Positions 49,965 through 63,928 of a stretch of 64,000 nucleotides of DNA are shown here, piece by piece. Origin of the DNA: Tubulanus polymorphus (lineage: Eukaryota; Animalia; Nemertea); assembly GCF_964204645.1 (NCBI RefSeq), contig NC_134031.1, positions 16,727,807 through 16,791,806 of the forward strand. The letters run 5' to 3'. The notes beneath the pieces were generated by a model. The model did no database searches and was not told the DNA's origin. It worked only from the letters and a program-made list of their open reading frames with translations. A program made the position numbers and the translations under genes. Numbering within the stretch: the stretch's first letter is position 1; each line of letters opens with the position of its first letter.

Positions 49965-52900
49965 ATGGCGGCCGGTCCGATCGCTGAACGTAATCAAGGT
50001 AAGATTTTCTTTTAATTTAACCGATTTCCTTGCATTAATTATCTTTCATAACTCTACACAATTGTATATGAACAGCCACCATTTAAAATAACAAAAAATT
50101 CAATCATTCACCACCTGAATTGTCGGAATTTAGTGCGTTTAGGTGTGCTCAAATTCCAATTCAATTAAAAGACTCACTTACCAGAGGCAGCGCCAGTAAA
50201 GAAAGTAGCCGATTTATTTTTTATTTTTAATACTTAGATGCCACGGTTTATGTTGGTGGTCTTGATGATAAAGTATCAGAAGCAATTTTGTGGGAATTGT
50301 TTTTACAATCAGGACCAGTCGGTAAGGATATTTCAAGATCTTGATGAATCTGCCAATTTATATTTTTTTCCGTTCGTAAAATGTACACTTTTCTGTTTCA
50401 CAGTAAATGTTCATATGCCAAAAGACAGAATTACTCAGTCACATCAAGGTTATGGATTTGTGGAGTTCATGAGCGAAGAAGATGCAGATTACGCGATCAA
50501 AATAATGAATATGATAAAACTATATGGAAAGCCTGTACGGGTGAATAAGGTAAACATCTTTCAATCCCGTTAAAAATGCAAAAGAATCATATTTTTGTAT
50601 AATCCTACATGAATAATCATCTAATTACAGGCGTCGGCTCATCAGAAAAATCTTGACGTCGGCGCGAATATATTCATCGGAAATCTTGATCCGGAAGTCG
50701 ATGAGAAACTGTTGTACGATACGTTCAGTGCATTCGGTGTCATTTTACAAACTCCTAAAGTAAGTTCAATGTCTTACAGGATGTAATTCCACATTTGTTT
50801 CAGGGGATTGGGACTCTTTTCTTGAAAATTAGGAAAAAAACGGGAATTTTAATTTTGGGTCATCAAGGCTTTCACAGGAAAATTTTGTGATTTTGTGACT
50901 CTTCTTGGAAAAATTGACAGGGAATGTCAGGGAATTCAAATGAATTTTTGGTGTCTCTTTCCTGCTGGTGACGAGTAGTTCAACTGCCTGTAGGCCGACA
51001 ATTCAATGAACTTCACTGACAGCTCGTGGAACCTCTTGAGAAAATAGCTTCCACTGAGGATGTTTGATCGATTATTCAATCATTGTTATAAAGAATTTGA
51101 TAGATTTCTTATTTTCTTCCATATTTCGTTAACAGATTATGAGAGACCCAGAAACAGGAAATTCAAAAGGTTTCGCGTTCATCAATTTCGCCAGTTTTGA
51201 AGCGTCCGACGCATCAATCGAAGCTATGAACGGACAATATTTATGTAATAGACCTATCTCCATATCGTACGCATTTAAAAAAGATTCAAAAGGCGAACGC
51301 CACGGATCTGCTGCCGGTAAATATTAACTCTTCTTGATAATCAGTAATTTCTTTTAGAATCACTAAAGAGTTATTGATTTCCAAATAGAATTATACAAAA
51401 TTATAAGATAAAAAGTTCATTCATCAAAGTAAAGACAACGTTTTGGACTTTCTCTATAGAGACCATGGTCATATCTTTTTGATTTAAAATTTTGAAAAAT
51501 TAATTTTGTTTTCAATCTTCTATTTTTGTATACCAGTATAGTAGGTTAAATTCTCCGACTCTACTATTGATTTGTTATGATTGTTTTCCTATTTTCAGAA
51601 CGCCTGCTAGCCCAACAGAATCCGCTGTCGCAAGCCGACCGACCTCATCAGCTATTCGCCGATGCTCCGCCTACTGCGCAATCGATGAATCAAATGTCGA
51701 TGAGTTCAATGATATCGCCGATGGCACCGCCCCCACCCCCTCCATCAGGTTAGTATGGCGCTTAAATTGGCCATGCCTTGTATTTGATAATATAGAATAC
51801 CACACGAAGAATGAAAAACAGCATGCAAGAAATTTTCTTCATCTAGTAGTTCATTTAGAATTTTGCCTATGTCTTGATAGTGATTTTCAGGTGTAGTAAT
51901 ATACAGCATAAAAACAGTTTACAAACTACCGTAATCAAGCAGTCGGCTATGACATAGTTGTGAAGAGCAAAAGTGAAAAAATATGATATAATGAGGGGGC
52001 AATTAATGAGTGAAAATGAATGACATGCATGATGTATTGAGTTAAACCAAATTGCAGAGGAATTAAGACATAAGTTTGCTGTGAGCGGAAAAGCAATTGT
52101 TGAGATTGACACAGTTTTTTTGGATTTATGAATTTTTGATTGTCAATTCAGATTCTTTAGATGCGTCTATTTTTATTAGGGTCACGCTATCGAGGGTAGA
52201 TTGATTCACCGTTTACTAAGTCAAGACTTTCATTTGAATTTCCGCTTTGTTTCTGTCTTATTTAAAATATAATGAATGTAATAATGTACTCGTTACAGGA
52301 ATGCCGGGATCTCACATGCCGCACCCAGTTCCACCTCCCGGCGGTATACCTCCACCCCCATCAATGCCTCCACCTCCTATGCCTCCAATGGGAGGTAATA
52401 TGCCATTCATGCCGCCTCCAGGCATGCATCCTCCTGGTAAGTATGAGTATGTCTAGCATCATTTACGAAGTCATATATATATATTGTCGGATCAATAACG
52501 ATTGGTGTACTGTATTACTGTATTCTAGGAATGGGTATGCCTAGGCCACCACCCCCACCATCTGGAGATTCAAGCCAAGATCACATGGGTAAGATGTTTC
52601 AATGTTATCACCTTCAAATAGAATTTCTTCAAGATGTTTGAAATGGAAATATATATTGATTTTCAAAATTTATATATTTCAGGGCCGATGGGAATGCCTC
52701 CACCTCCACCGCCTCCAGGGATGCGATTCCCTCCGCCTCCACCGGGATGGAGAGGACCTCCTCCAAGAGGACCGCCACCATTCGGTAAGTTATGAACCTG
52801 CTTATCTGGATCACTGTAATCCGTATTCTCAGAAAACTTGCATGCTGTCAAGCAGCCCTACGCTTCCTACTTCCATGTCAACAATTGATCTCGCTACAAA

Positions 52901-53537
52901 TAATTCGTAATTTTAAAAAGGTGAAAGGATCCTTTTTCCCGGCTTTTCCCAAAAAAATTCCAGGCCACGTCTGTGTTAGACTGTCACAAATCATCTGAAA
53001 TTCTTATGTTAGTGTGTTCCAGATCCCATACCCTTGGTATTAGTTCTGGTACTGTCATCTAATTTGATGCCGATTCCTGTTGAAATGTATCATGTTTTGA
53101 TGGTGGAAGTATTGGAAAATAATTGTCACATTCCTGTAGCAAAGTAAAACAGGAAATTAGGCCCATTAGGAAAATATCCTGTCCAGCAATTTAAAAATCC
53201 CTACTTGAGAGCCCTGCCAAGAATGAAGTTTGATCCTATTTTCTCCCTGCTTGACTGCCTAAACTTGGGGCAGTTCCTTACTTATGGATTGTCGGCATTC
53301 TTGCATTGATAATAATGGACATGTTTTATATTTTTAGGTCGAATGCCGATGCCGCCTCGAGGTCCACCACCGCGAGGTATGCGACCACCTCCTCCGAGAG
53401 GTATGCGACCTCCACCGCCGCCTCCGCCTAGGTATGACTATAGCGAAGGTTACTCCGAAGGTTACGATAATACGTATGATGGCAGCTATGACGGTAGCTA
53501 CGATAACAGCTACGAAAACTACAGCGAAAGTTATTAA
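49965..53537 (+). CDS. SF3B4: Splicing factor 3B subunit 4 (SAP49), 2 RRMs plus Pro-rich tail, multi-exon
   Basis: [11 protein letters not shown]|[28 protein letters not shown]|[49 protein letters not shown]|[44 protein letters not shown]|ERLLA, then Pro/Met/Gly-rich exons. AATAAA near 53636. Confidence 0.96.
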
Positions 53538-54493
53538 GCAGCTAATAACAATCGACGCTGGTGCTTTTTGAATCGAATTTATTTAATTGTACAGTTTTGT
53601 AATCATGCGAATCGGTGTAATGTCTAAATTATGTAAATAAAGTGAAAAAAGATATTTAGAAAATGAACTTGAATTGTATTTTTATGGAGCGGAGTACCGG
53701 TATTCAATTTTTCGGAATGTGTAATCGACGTATTTTCTGAACTCTGGCTGTTCTTTTGTGGGGAAAAAATAACTTCGCCAGGTCGCTTCATTATTCGGGA
53801 TTCGAACCCGCTGAGTAAGCCGAACGCTTAAGGTTCAAGATGGGGGGTATTCGATTGTGTTATCGTTTAAATCTAGCCTGTGGACAATCCTTCTAAATTT
53901 ATAGATCAATTAATCGCAATAATTACGAATATAATTACAAAATCATAATAAGTCCTATTGAATATATCTAATTTAAAAGCTAGCATTGAGTCCAGCTGAG
54001 ACGTGGAATAAAGCAGTGAATTCGACGCGACGTTTCGTTTCGTCAGTTAATCAATAACTATCACACGTAAGCGATGCGGAAGAGAAATATGTCAACATTT
54101 CCAGATGCATCTGTTGTGTATTTCACGCTTGATTTAATTGGATTCTAAATCGGAATATCTACCCGGGACGATAATCTAAACATTGAGATTATGTACGCGT
54201 TGTTTTAATCGCGGTTTTATAACTTCGAAGGCCATTCTAATCGAACATTTCCAGTTTCTTAGACTTCTTAAAAATTCGTTTGCTCATCGTGACATTGACA
54301 AAATAGCGTAGGCCTACTCCCCCTTTGCCTAACATAAATGAAAAGGATTGTGGTTGAGATAGGGTTATATCTAACAACTATCAAATGGCTTGAGAAGCGC
54401 AATTAAATCTGTTAATGTTCAAATTTCACTGTTTCCCTCTAGCTAGGCCTGTATCTGTATGTCAATCCATATTTTGTTTATTTGCAGTTCAGC

Positions 54494-57400
54494 ATGAGCC
54501 AAAACGCGCCATGGCAGGTCCAAGAAAATCAGCATCAGAAGGGCCAAGTTCAGATGTTCGACCCGACGCAGTTCAGTCAACCAGCTGCGGCACCTGGTGG
54601 ACCAGCTACATCGCCTGGCCAGCAGCAACAACAACAACAGAATTCATCTAATAACGTGAACGGCGATGGATGGGATAACAGTTGGAATTGGGGGGATGAA
54701 AACCAACCAAACGCCGGTCAACAGAATAATCACCAACAGCAACAACAATGGCAATACGACCAGCAACAAAACTGGAATAATTATTACAGTACTCAACAGC
54801 AGTATGGATACAGCGCTGATAGTACTGTCGGGCAGAATTATAACGATACATCCAACCAAAATTACGGAGATACCGGATCTTTTAATCAGAGTTGGAATAA
54901 TCCGGAGCAAGCCGCGAACGATTGGAGCAATATTAATCAACAGCAGTGGTACGCTCAACAGCCGGTAGGCGGCGCCGATAGTTTCAATTACGCGAATACC
55001 GCCGTCGATCAGGCGGGAGCGGTAACCTACGGCGACGATCGTAATACGAATAACGTCGATCCGTCTGCCGCGGCGTCGACGACGATGAACTATCAACAAT
55101 ACGACGGATTTCAAGGCGTCGTCGATTATACGTCGTCGGCTCAACCGAATCACATCGATGCTCGGTACGACCATGACGACGGAGGAACCGCGTCGGCGTT
55201 CTTCGGTAAAAATGATGATTACGATGACTCCGGTATCGTTAACGCTGCTCCGCCGCCACAGCCATCATCGACTGCTGACCAAATGCAAGATATAAATTTA
55301 GGCGACGATTCGACGGGTAACAACGAATCGGGGAATTCGGACGCGTTCGGAGAACACAGTCGACAGAGTTCGTACGGCGGAGGCGCGTCATTCGTAATCG
55401 GATCCGGGCCGAACAGTCGTCGAACGTCTGCTTTACCCGACGACGTGCAAACTTTTACCCCGTCTAATCCGGCGGTTGAATCGGCTCAAATACCGGCGCA
55501 GACGACGAGCTTATTGTCGGAAAACGTCGCGGTGAACGAATCGTTTCAAACGCGGTCTTACGGCGATTCTTATCATCAAGATTCGTTTCAAGGTCAACGT
55601 TATCAATCGCAGACGTCGGTCGATTCGTTTAATTCGGAACGCGCCGCCGTGCTCGATTCGTTCGCCCCGAATCAGAACCATTCTCGTCCGGCGAGCGCGG
55701 TCGAACAAAACGCTCGTCCGATCGGTCTGTTCGATCCGGCATCTCAGTCGCTACCCGCGTCTCCGCATCCGGCTAGTCGCGCCACTCCGACGAGTCCAGC
55801 TGCCGGATATTTTCAACAACCGGCGCAGATTCCGGCGTCGGAGCCGAGTCGATCGAGACCGCCGTCGTCTCATTCGACGAAAAGTCACGACAGTTTCGTC
55901 GCGTCGTCGGTTCATTCCGATTCGATGCCGACGACGAATCGGTCGCCGGCTTCGACTCCGTATTCGGGAAGTATCCGCGGTCCGAGTCCGCTGGCGCGTG
56001 ACATGTCGCCCGTGCAGAAATCCAACGACAACGCTGCTCATCATCAACATCACAATCATCCGCCGCGTAATCTACCGGCGATGCAAGCTTTACAAGAACA
56101 CGGCTCGGAAACTATTCTGAACGACGCTGCGTCTATTGGGGTGCAGTCGCAGCCCATTAACATTCCTGGTCAGCCGCCGACTGATTTACCTATATCGCCT
56201 AACGAGCACGCCATGAGTATCTATCACAGTCCGATACAACCTCATCCGAACAGTCTGTTCAGACCGGTCGGTAAGGTGGTTACGCCGACCGAACCGGATC
56301 AGAATCGAAAGCTCGGAGGCTCGACGGAGAATGTCGCAAATGTCGAGACCGATCAGCCGGGAATGACGACGACTCAACCACCTCCAGTGAGGCTACCGCA
56401 GATGGACCAACATCAACAGGCAGGACCAGCCAGTAGTCATACACCTCAGCCGCAAACAATGTTTGATCCTCATCAAGCCTCACTCTCTACTACCACTCCT
56501 CAGCAAGTACCAATAGCGGTTTCTCTACAGATGCAGTCATTAACTTCTGCTAGCCAGCCTCATCTGGTACAACCAGCTGGACCACCCGAACAACTGCCAC
56601 CAGCCAATCAGCCTCAGCAAGTTCAGCCGGTTACTTCTGTGCCTCAGAATATGGTGAGCAGCGCTCAACACGTAGCTCCCTCACCACCAGCCCAGCCTGT
56701 CAACCTTCAACAGACTCCGGTGGAAAGTATCAACGAGGGGCCACTAATTCACAGCTCCGATCATCCTCAGAATGTATCCGCGCCGCAGCAGTCGGTACCT
56801 GCACCGGTTATCACCGCAGCACCTGCTGCCCAATCGGCGAGCGATGTCGATTCTCAAGCTCCGATGTCGCCGTCGAGATCGGTTCTAATGAGACAGCGTT
56901 ACCGCGAAGGTAACAGTCTATCTCCGGCGGCTACGCTGTGGGATAACCCGGTCAGCGCTAACGTCGTACTAGCAGCTCCCATAAAACAGCCAGCTTCTAC
57001 TAGTTCTACTGCCGGTCTGTTCGAAAATCCTAGTCAGAATGGAACGACGTCTTCGGCCTCGACCGCTGGCTACTTTCCACCTCCTGGTCAGAGCGCCGAC
57101 AGCGGCACGGCTGCTCCAAACCCTCGACAACAACAGCCAGTAGTTACACAAGCTCAGCAACCAACTTTTACGCAACCGAAACCATTGAAGGATGCTAATT
57201 TGGCACCGATCATTGATCAGGGTAATACACAAGATCCTATAAATAAGCATAATGAACCGAGTCCTTCAGTTCAAAACGAACCTGTAGGAGACAGACCAGT
57301 TTATAAAGGCGAGTTTCGGTCAATGAAGTCTCCTAATACAGACCAACTGGCATCTAATACTGGTGGTCAAGTCAACCAAGGTTTGAATAATACATCCATC

Positions 57401-60400
57401 GCTGAGACTTCGCGTATACCTAATGATAATATCGGTAATCTTCAACAAGTTCGCGGCCCCGATGAAAGCAGTTCCGCACCTTTATATCAAGAAAGTCGTC
57501 AGGAACAAGCGGTTGTTACCAATCAGCCTGGTACACCACAGCCACAGCAGCAGCGACCCGATAATTTGACGATGTCGCGTAGTTTCGATACGCCGGGCGG
57601 TAGTTCTCAGACTAGTAGCACGCCGGCTAGACGCCGCAGTGATGATCAATCACGAGACCCAAAAGACCGTGATGATGACAGACGTTACGGCAGACGTGAT
57701 GACGACAGGTCGGACAGCAGACGTGATGACGACAGACGCGATAACGACAGACGTGATGACCGACGAGACAGCAGACGCGATGACGACAGGTCGGACAGCA
57801 GACGCGTTGACGACAGACGCGATGATCGCGGTTATAGAGGGCGTGATCGTAGATACAACGACCGATCGCGATACGACGATGACGACCGTCGTGACGATTA
57901 TTACGATCGCGATTACCGATATCGACCGACGACACCGTCTAGGGATTACGAGGACGGCGGTCGTGATCGTCCGCGTACGCCGAGTCGGGAAGATCCATCG
58001 AGGCGACCGACTACTCCGTCGCGGGAATATGACTACGATCGGCGATACGGAGACTCGAGAGACAGGTAAAAACCATCTTACATTCACATGTAGATATAAC
58101 AATACTATACAACGAAATACCACATTATAAAAGAAAAACTGAAATTTTTCCTTGAGCTATTATTTATATGATGTTTCAACCATCCTCCCTCGGCAGAGAT
58201 TTGAACCTAATGGCATTGAGACTTGTCACATTACAAAACCCAGCCACACTACCCCGAGTGTGGTAGGGTTTTGTCCCGTGGCTGAGTCTCAGGCGATGCC
58301 ATCAGGTTCGAACCCCTGCCGAGGGAGAATGTGTTTCAAATGCCATCCTTATAGTCATCTTCAGAAATACTGTATTCAATTCCTTAGGATAAAGTCAAAA
58401 CGTCGAAAGTATCACCTCAAGGAAACTTTTCGTACTTGTTTTTCTTAAATATTGCGGGATTATATCGTGAAGATCAACGTCTGCTTAACACTTTCTCATG
58501 CTTAAAACTCGTTAAGAAAAAAGTTATGCGAATTCAATTCAATATTGAAGGTACAAAATTATTTGATTTTAGACCTTATAAAATCTAATGTTGATTATTG
58601 AGCTCAATTAGATCGGGGGTATCCGTGTAGTTTTGGATCAATATTAGAAGTGTTTCGTTGTATTGTGTGTCAGTGACAGCTGTTTTAACTCACAGATGGC
58701 AGCAGTAATCAGTCTCTACTGACGTGTAGACACTCTAGTTCTCTGTACTATATCTTATATATACGTCCATTTTTTGGTGAAATCTATTAGCGGCAGTTAG
58801 TCTCATTGTTAGAAGACACGCGTAGATTTCTACTTTTAGATATAGATGAAATTTGATAAGTATAGTCAGTTATTATGAAGTGCGCACCGAGGATTAATAT
58901 TAGAAAGGATGTAATTTAGATTTATGGAGGTATATTTGAATATCACTTATGAGATTTCATAAATTTAGCTCTTCACCCTTCTTTCTATACCTCCCCCGCT
59001 AAATCTCCGTTAGTGAGATCGCGTACATTCAGCCCCCCCCTCAAAGTTCTTGAGTTCATTAGAATATTCCGACAATTCGTTAATCAGAACGTCTGTTGTT
59101 TTACAGGTGGTATGATAGAGATTATTATGATCGATACGGTGAACGACCCTCCAGTCGTCAATCACAGGACTACCGCGACTCACGTGATCAGTATGAACGA
59201 CCCAGGTCTAGACAGGGACAGGGTATGTAATGCTAGTGGATTTTCTTGTCCTGACGGAATCGTGTCAATTACGCTGTTGCATGTGCGGTTCACTTTTATG
59301 GATGTCCGGTTTACATTTGGGAAAATTGAAAAATCACCCTTGAAATATACTAGGGAAAAACTTGGGAATTTTTAATTCATGTTACTGTGGGCGTAGTGTT
59401 ATCGTTTTACTCCGTGATTCTAGGTGAAGTAGAAACGCAGCAGAGATCCCCGTCTAGAGGTAGTCAGAGTGAAATGGAGCGCCCTCGATCCAGAGGAGCT
59501 CATGATGATTATTACAGGGATTATTATCGACAAGCGGGTAAGAGCTCTTTAATGGCGGGTTCATCATTCAATGTATTACTACCTGGTGGTCATCCTATAA
59601 ATACTAGAGAAATGCCACAATAGTTCAGCCAAAGGCGTAAAGTTTTTGAATAAAGGTTTATATATCTGAGCAATGTTTTGGCTAAGGACGATTAGCAATA
59701 ATCAGACTCATATTCATTTTACACATATATTGTGAACCAGATCTTCTCGTTTTATCCTATAAATGATTTTAAGCAGATAAATCCTTGAAATTCTGGGTAT
59801 CCACCTCGACCGTGTTAATTGAGCGTGTAAATGGGATTTGTTTCATAATTCAATATCTTCGATTGCAGAATATGATCGTTACTATGGCTATGGCAGACGC
59901 GACTCTCATTACTACGACGACCGATATTACGAGGATTACTATAACTACCAGAGACAGGATCGGTATAATCGCGGTTACTATGAAGAAATGCAATATTATG
60001 GCCAGCAATACGCCGACGATCGGTAGGAAAAAATAGTCATTCGCAAGTTACTACGTAGTTTCTCTCCTTAAAAAAGTGGTCCACATCAGAATCCCTTTCC
60101 TTTACGCATCTTGTTAAAAAACCTTTAGAGGTTGTTTTTGTGTTTAGTTGCTTCGTTCAATTGTCGAAATTGAAATGCTTCACTTGTATCGTTTATTCGC
60201 ACATTAGCTCAAGTTTTATTCAAAGATAGATTACCTACCTACCGGTACTTATTGCTTTTCTTAGTCTTTCGGGAATGTTGTGATTTCATCTTTCAAATCG
60301 ATGATATATGTAGGAGTAGTAACATCTTTGACAAAATCTTGCTTTATCTAAAGCGCATTTGTTCAAAAGCAAACTGATTACTCGGTTTAGAAGCCATTAG

Positions 60401-63400
60401 AACCCAGTTTACATGAAGTATGCAACAATGTAAGATGGCGGTCAATTACTTCTCTTGGTTTAGTTAATTCCATTAAACCGCTTCTCGGGCGGTTTAGTCG
60501 GTTTACTTCTTTTCCAGGGCATTCCCCTTTATTGATCCAGCCTTTAGGCTTTGGAATCTCATCAACTATTTAGGATAGGTATAATTGGTAAACGAACAAT
60601 TTTATCGCACTCTTACATATTGATAAATGAATTATTATTTCTTTCTCAAAACCACTGCAACAAAGCAGATTTGTAAGACAAATCATTTTACAAACTGGTC
60701 TAAACAAATGCTGCTTTTCACAGTGAACCTAATCGCTTTGCTCTAAACAAATGCGCTGTTAGTGTCGTATAGTTTAGATATAACGTTTATATGTTTGTTT
60801 TCTGTATGTACGCTGCAGGTATCGGGATTACTATCGCAACGGACACAATTACGTCGGGTCGGATCGTGGTAGCCAATATTCGTCGTCGCATTCTAGAGGC
60901 GCCACGCCGTCGCACTCGAGAGGTGCCACGCCTTCCCCGAATGACGATGATAGTCTGTACGTGTAACCCGCGTTAACATTGTTACAGTATCACCACACAT
61001 AGTAATAAATGAAAACACTTTTTGAAATCGATTCGAACTGTTGCTTTATACTGAAATTATCAAATTTCATCGCTACAATGGAATTTTTCTTCAAATATTC
61101 CAATAATAATATGTTAACTGTTTGACTTGAAAAATGGTCCGCTTATTCCAACCTATGCACGATACCCGCATGCAAATAGTGTTATTAGTAGAATAAGACA
61201 TATATAGTATCTAGTATATAGTATAGTTTATCTCAGAATCTTGATGCTTCAATTTATACGCAAACTTAAAGCATAAACGTCGCGTTTTCAGAGCCCGGGT
61301 CATCGACTATCGACATCAACAATCGTACGAACAGCAGACGCCTCAACAGCAGCAGCCACAGCAGCAGCAAAGGTCAAGGCCGTCTAGTCGGCAATCGTAC
61401 CACGACGAATACGACGGTTACTATCGTCGTGACGATGAGCGTCGTTATAGTTACGGACGGTCGCATAGTTACGACAGCTATGGCGAACAGAACTGGCAAC
61501 AATCGAAACAATCGGGTAAGGGTCGGATTATTTCGAATTAATAAAAAATGGGGGAACTTCGATATAAGCTATCCCAGCTTATAGGGAGTAGAGCACTCAG
61601 TCTTAACATTGTCAAAATTAGTTCATTATCAATCAACCTTGGCTCCCAAATCCAGGACCTACCAGATATACATTGAATTCATATTATGCTCAGTTATTGG
61701 TATAGTTTAAATAAATTGATTATTGATTTATTTAAGTTAAAAGTTCACTTGACTTTGATTGAAATGTAGAAGAAATTGAACTGGGAGACTGAGCCCGGTG
61801 GATCCCTGCTGTCATGAGAGGGATCCCTAATCGCTGCAGTAGCGTTGAAGGTTCCCTTGGATTCGGATATAATTGATGAATTATTAAGCAATATTATTTG
61901 TAGAAGGTCGTATGACGCCGGTGAAGTATGCCATGCCGCATGTTCGAGCATTTTTTGGTCCGTGTGGTCAGCTGATAAAGGTTCTGCCCAATCGGCCGGC
62001 AGACGGACAGCCTGCTACGGTTGAAATACATGATCTTGAAAACATGTTCGCCGATACGTCCGAAGTAGAAACGCTTAGAACATTCCCCGGTCCTCTAGTC
62101 AAGTGAGTAATAGAAAGGTGTCTGTTTTCGCCTTCAGAGCTGATGCTTTACGAACCATTTTGAGGGTTGATCGAATTACAAATACGTTTATTTTCAGTAT
62201 TGAAACTCATAAGAATGACGTGCTATCGTTCTGTCACCACCAAGCGCGAATGCACCACGAAAATGTTAACATGATCGATCGTAGCTCGGCGGAATTATTG
62301 TGGAAATATCTGGAATTACTCATCAAACAAAACGGAGTGAGTACAAAAAAACATCTCGAGTTTCTAATTAAAGATCTAACGATAAATCGATGAAGTTTAT
62401 TTCTCAAATATATATGAATATGAATATAAGTATGAATATGAATGTTCAATTGCATATCAATTTGAAACTTTTAACATTTGAGGAGGACACCTCTGAGCCC
62501 TCAGAGCTGTTATAAAGATAGATAAATAAATGGATAAAAAAAGGTGCTTAAGGCGATGATGATAGTAGAAATAATACTGTGGTAATAAAAAATGGAGAAA
62601 CAAGAAAAAATATTGATAATGAATAATTAGAATAACAAAATAAGAAAAACGATGAAAATCATGAAAATAAACTGATATTTTATTTTTGCGGTATAGACTG
62701 TGATAGGCACTGATATTGCTGAATTACTGCTGGATGGACACATGCCGTCGTCCGATGAATTTCGACGTACCGGTATACCGATCGTGATGAGTCACGCGAA
62801 CCTGCAGGATCTACAGGCGTCCGGTATGGTCGAACTGCAGGAGGATAATCTCGTCGTGACTAACGACCGCGCGTCGGTGAACGCTGCGCCGGCGACGACG
62901 CGGGGTCAGCTGTCGATCGACGATGCCACCGATCGATTCAGACATTTACTCTTATATGGCCGGAAAAAGGTGCGTCGCCGAGAAATATTGCAAATTTTTG
63001 GAATGAGATTCTGGTACATAATAGATGGCGCAATGATACGTTACTTGTAGTTGAAATCGGTTCATTTTCGATGATATTTGAACTGTGTCTTTTAAAGCTC
63101 CCAAATTCGAATATTATCAAACTACTAACCATCCAACCAACCAACTACTCGCTTGCTGCAGTAGCAGTGCTGGTATCACCTTAATTTGAAATCCTGTGAT
63201 ATGCATACAGTTAAACCTTAGATCGTTCGATACTGATAAATTTATATAATACAATTACATCAGGTATAGTGCAGCAGCTGGGGTCAAATTTTGACAGAAT
63301 AGTTAGTATAGTATAGTTTATTTTGCATAATAGATTGATACAAAGATATGTAATTATACAATATGATACAGTGTGAAGATATAATAACAATCAATCATGA

Positions 63401-63928
63401 ATCCATGAATTTTGGCTCAAGGTCTGAAAGTTTCACAATTAGAAGAAAAGTCGGATGGTTCTGAAAAATATGGAACACAGCGCCAAGCAAGAATACCGTA
63501 TTTGAGAAGTGCTTAGTATTGTTTTGTTATCTGTTTTAGGATGCATTAGAATCGGCCGTGAAGAATCACCTATGGGGTCACGCTCTTTTCCTTGCATCGA
63601 AAATGGACACTAGAACATACGCTAATATTTTAACTCGGTAAGTGTCGTATTCTCATTGAAATATAACGGTTTTCTCATTCTTTCCGTCGTGAAATATTAC
63701 TAAAAGTCGAAAACATTTTCAGATTCGCGAATAATTCAATGAAGATGAACGACCCGTTGCAGACGCTGTATCAGATAATGTCTGGTCGTCAGCCGTCTGC
63801 CGTAACCGGCGTATCGGATGATAGATGGGGGGACTGGCGTCCGCATCTGGCGATGATTTTATCGAATCAATCCATATCGAAACCGGAACTGGATAAGAAA
63901 AGTATTTCTTCATTAGGAGATACGTTAG
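54494..63928 (+). CDS. SEC16A: Protein transport protein Sec16 (ER exit site scaffold), 3' part lies outside the window
   Basis: A 3.6-kb low-complexity first coding exon is followed by Arg/Asp/Tyr-rich exons and the Sec16 central conserved domain: [83 protein letters not shown]|[49 protein letters not shown]. Confidence 0.92.
58181..58331. mobile_element. Shorter copy of the same Mutator-like foldback MITE (SEC16 intron)
   Basis: Same TIRs (catcctccctcggcag / ctgccgagggagaatg), almost entirely palindromic; flanks tgtttcaac and tgtttcaaa match at 8 of 9 positions. Confidence 0.78.

Noticed and set aside
53785-53860. tRNA-like GGGTTCGAATCCC on the minus strand
   Set aside because: No acceptor stem, D-arm or anticodon arm can be formed; at most an isolated B-box or SINE relic.
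57627-58130. Overlapping Thr/Met/Asp-rich and Val/Ile-rich ORFs
   Set aside because: Alternative-frame and antisense shadows of the SEC16 Arg/Asp repeat.
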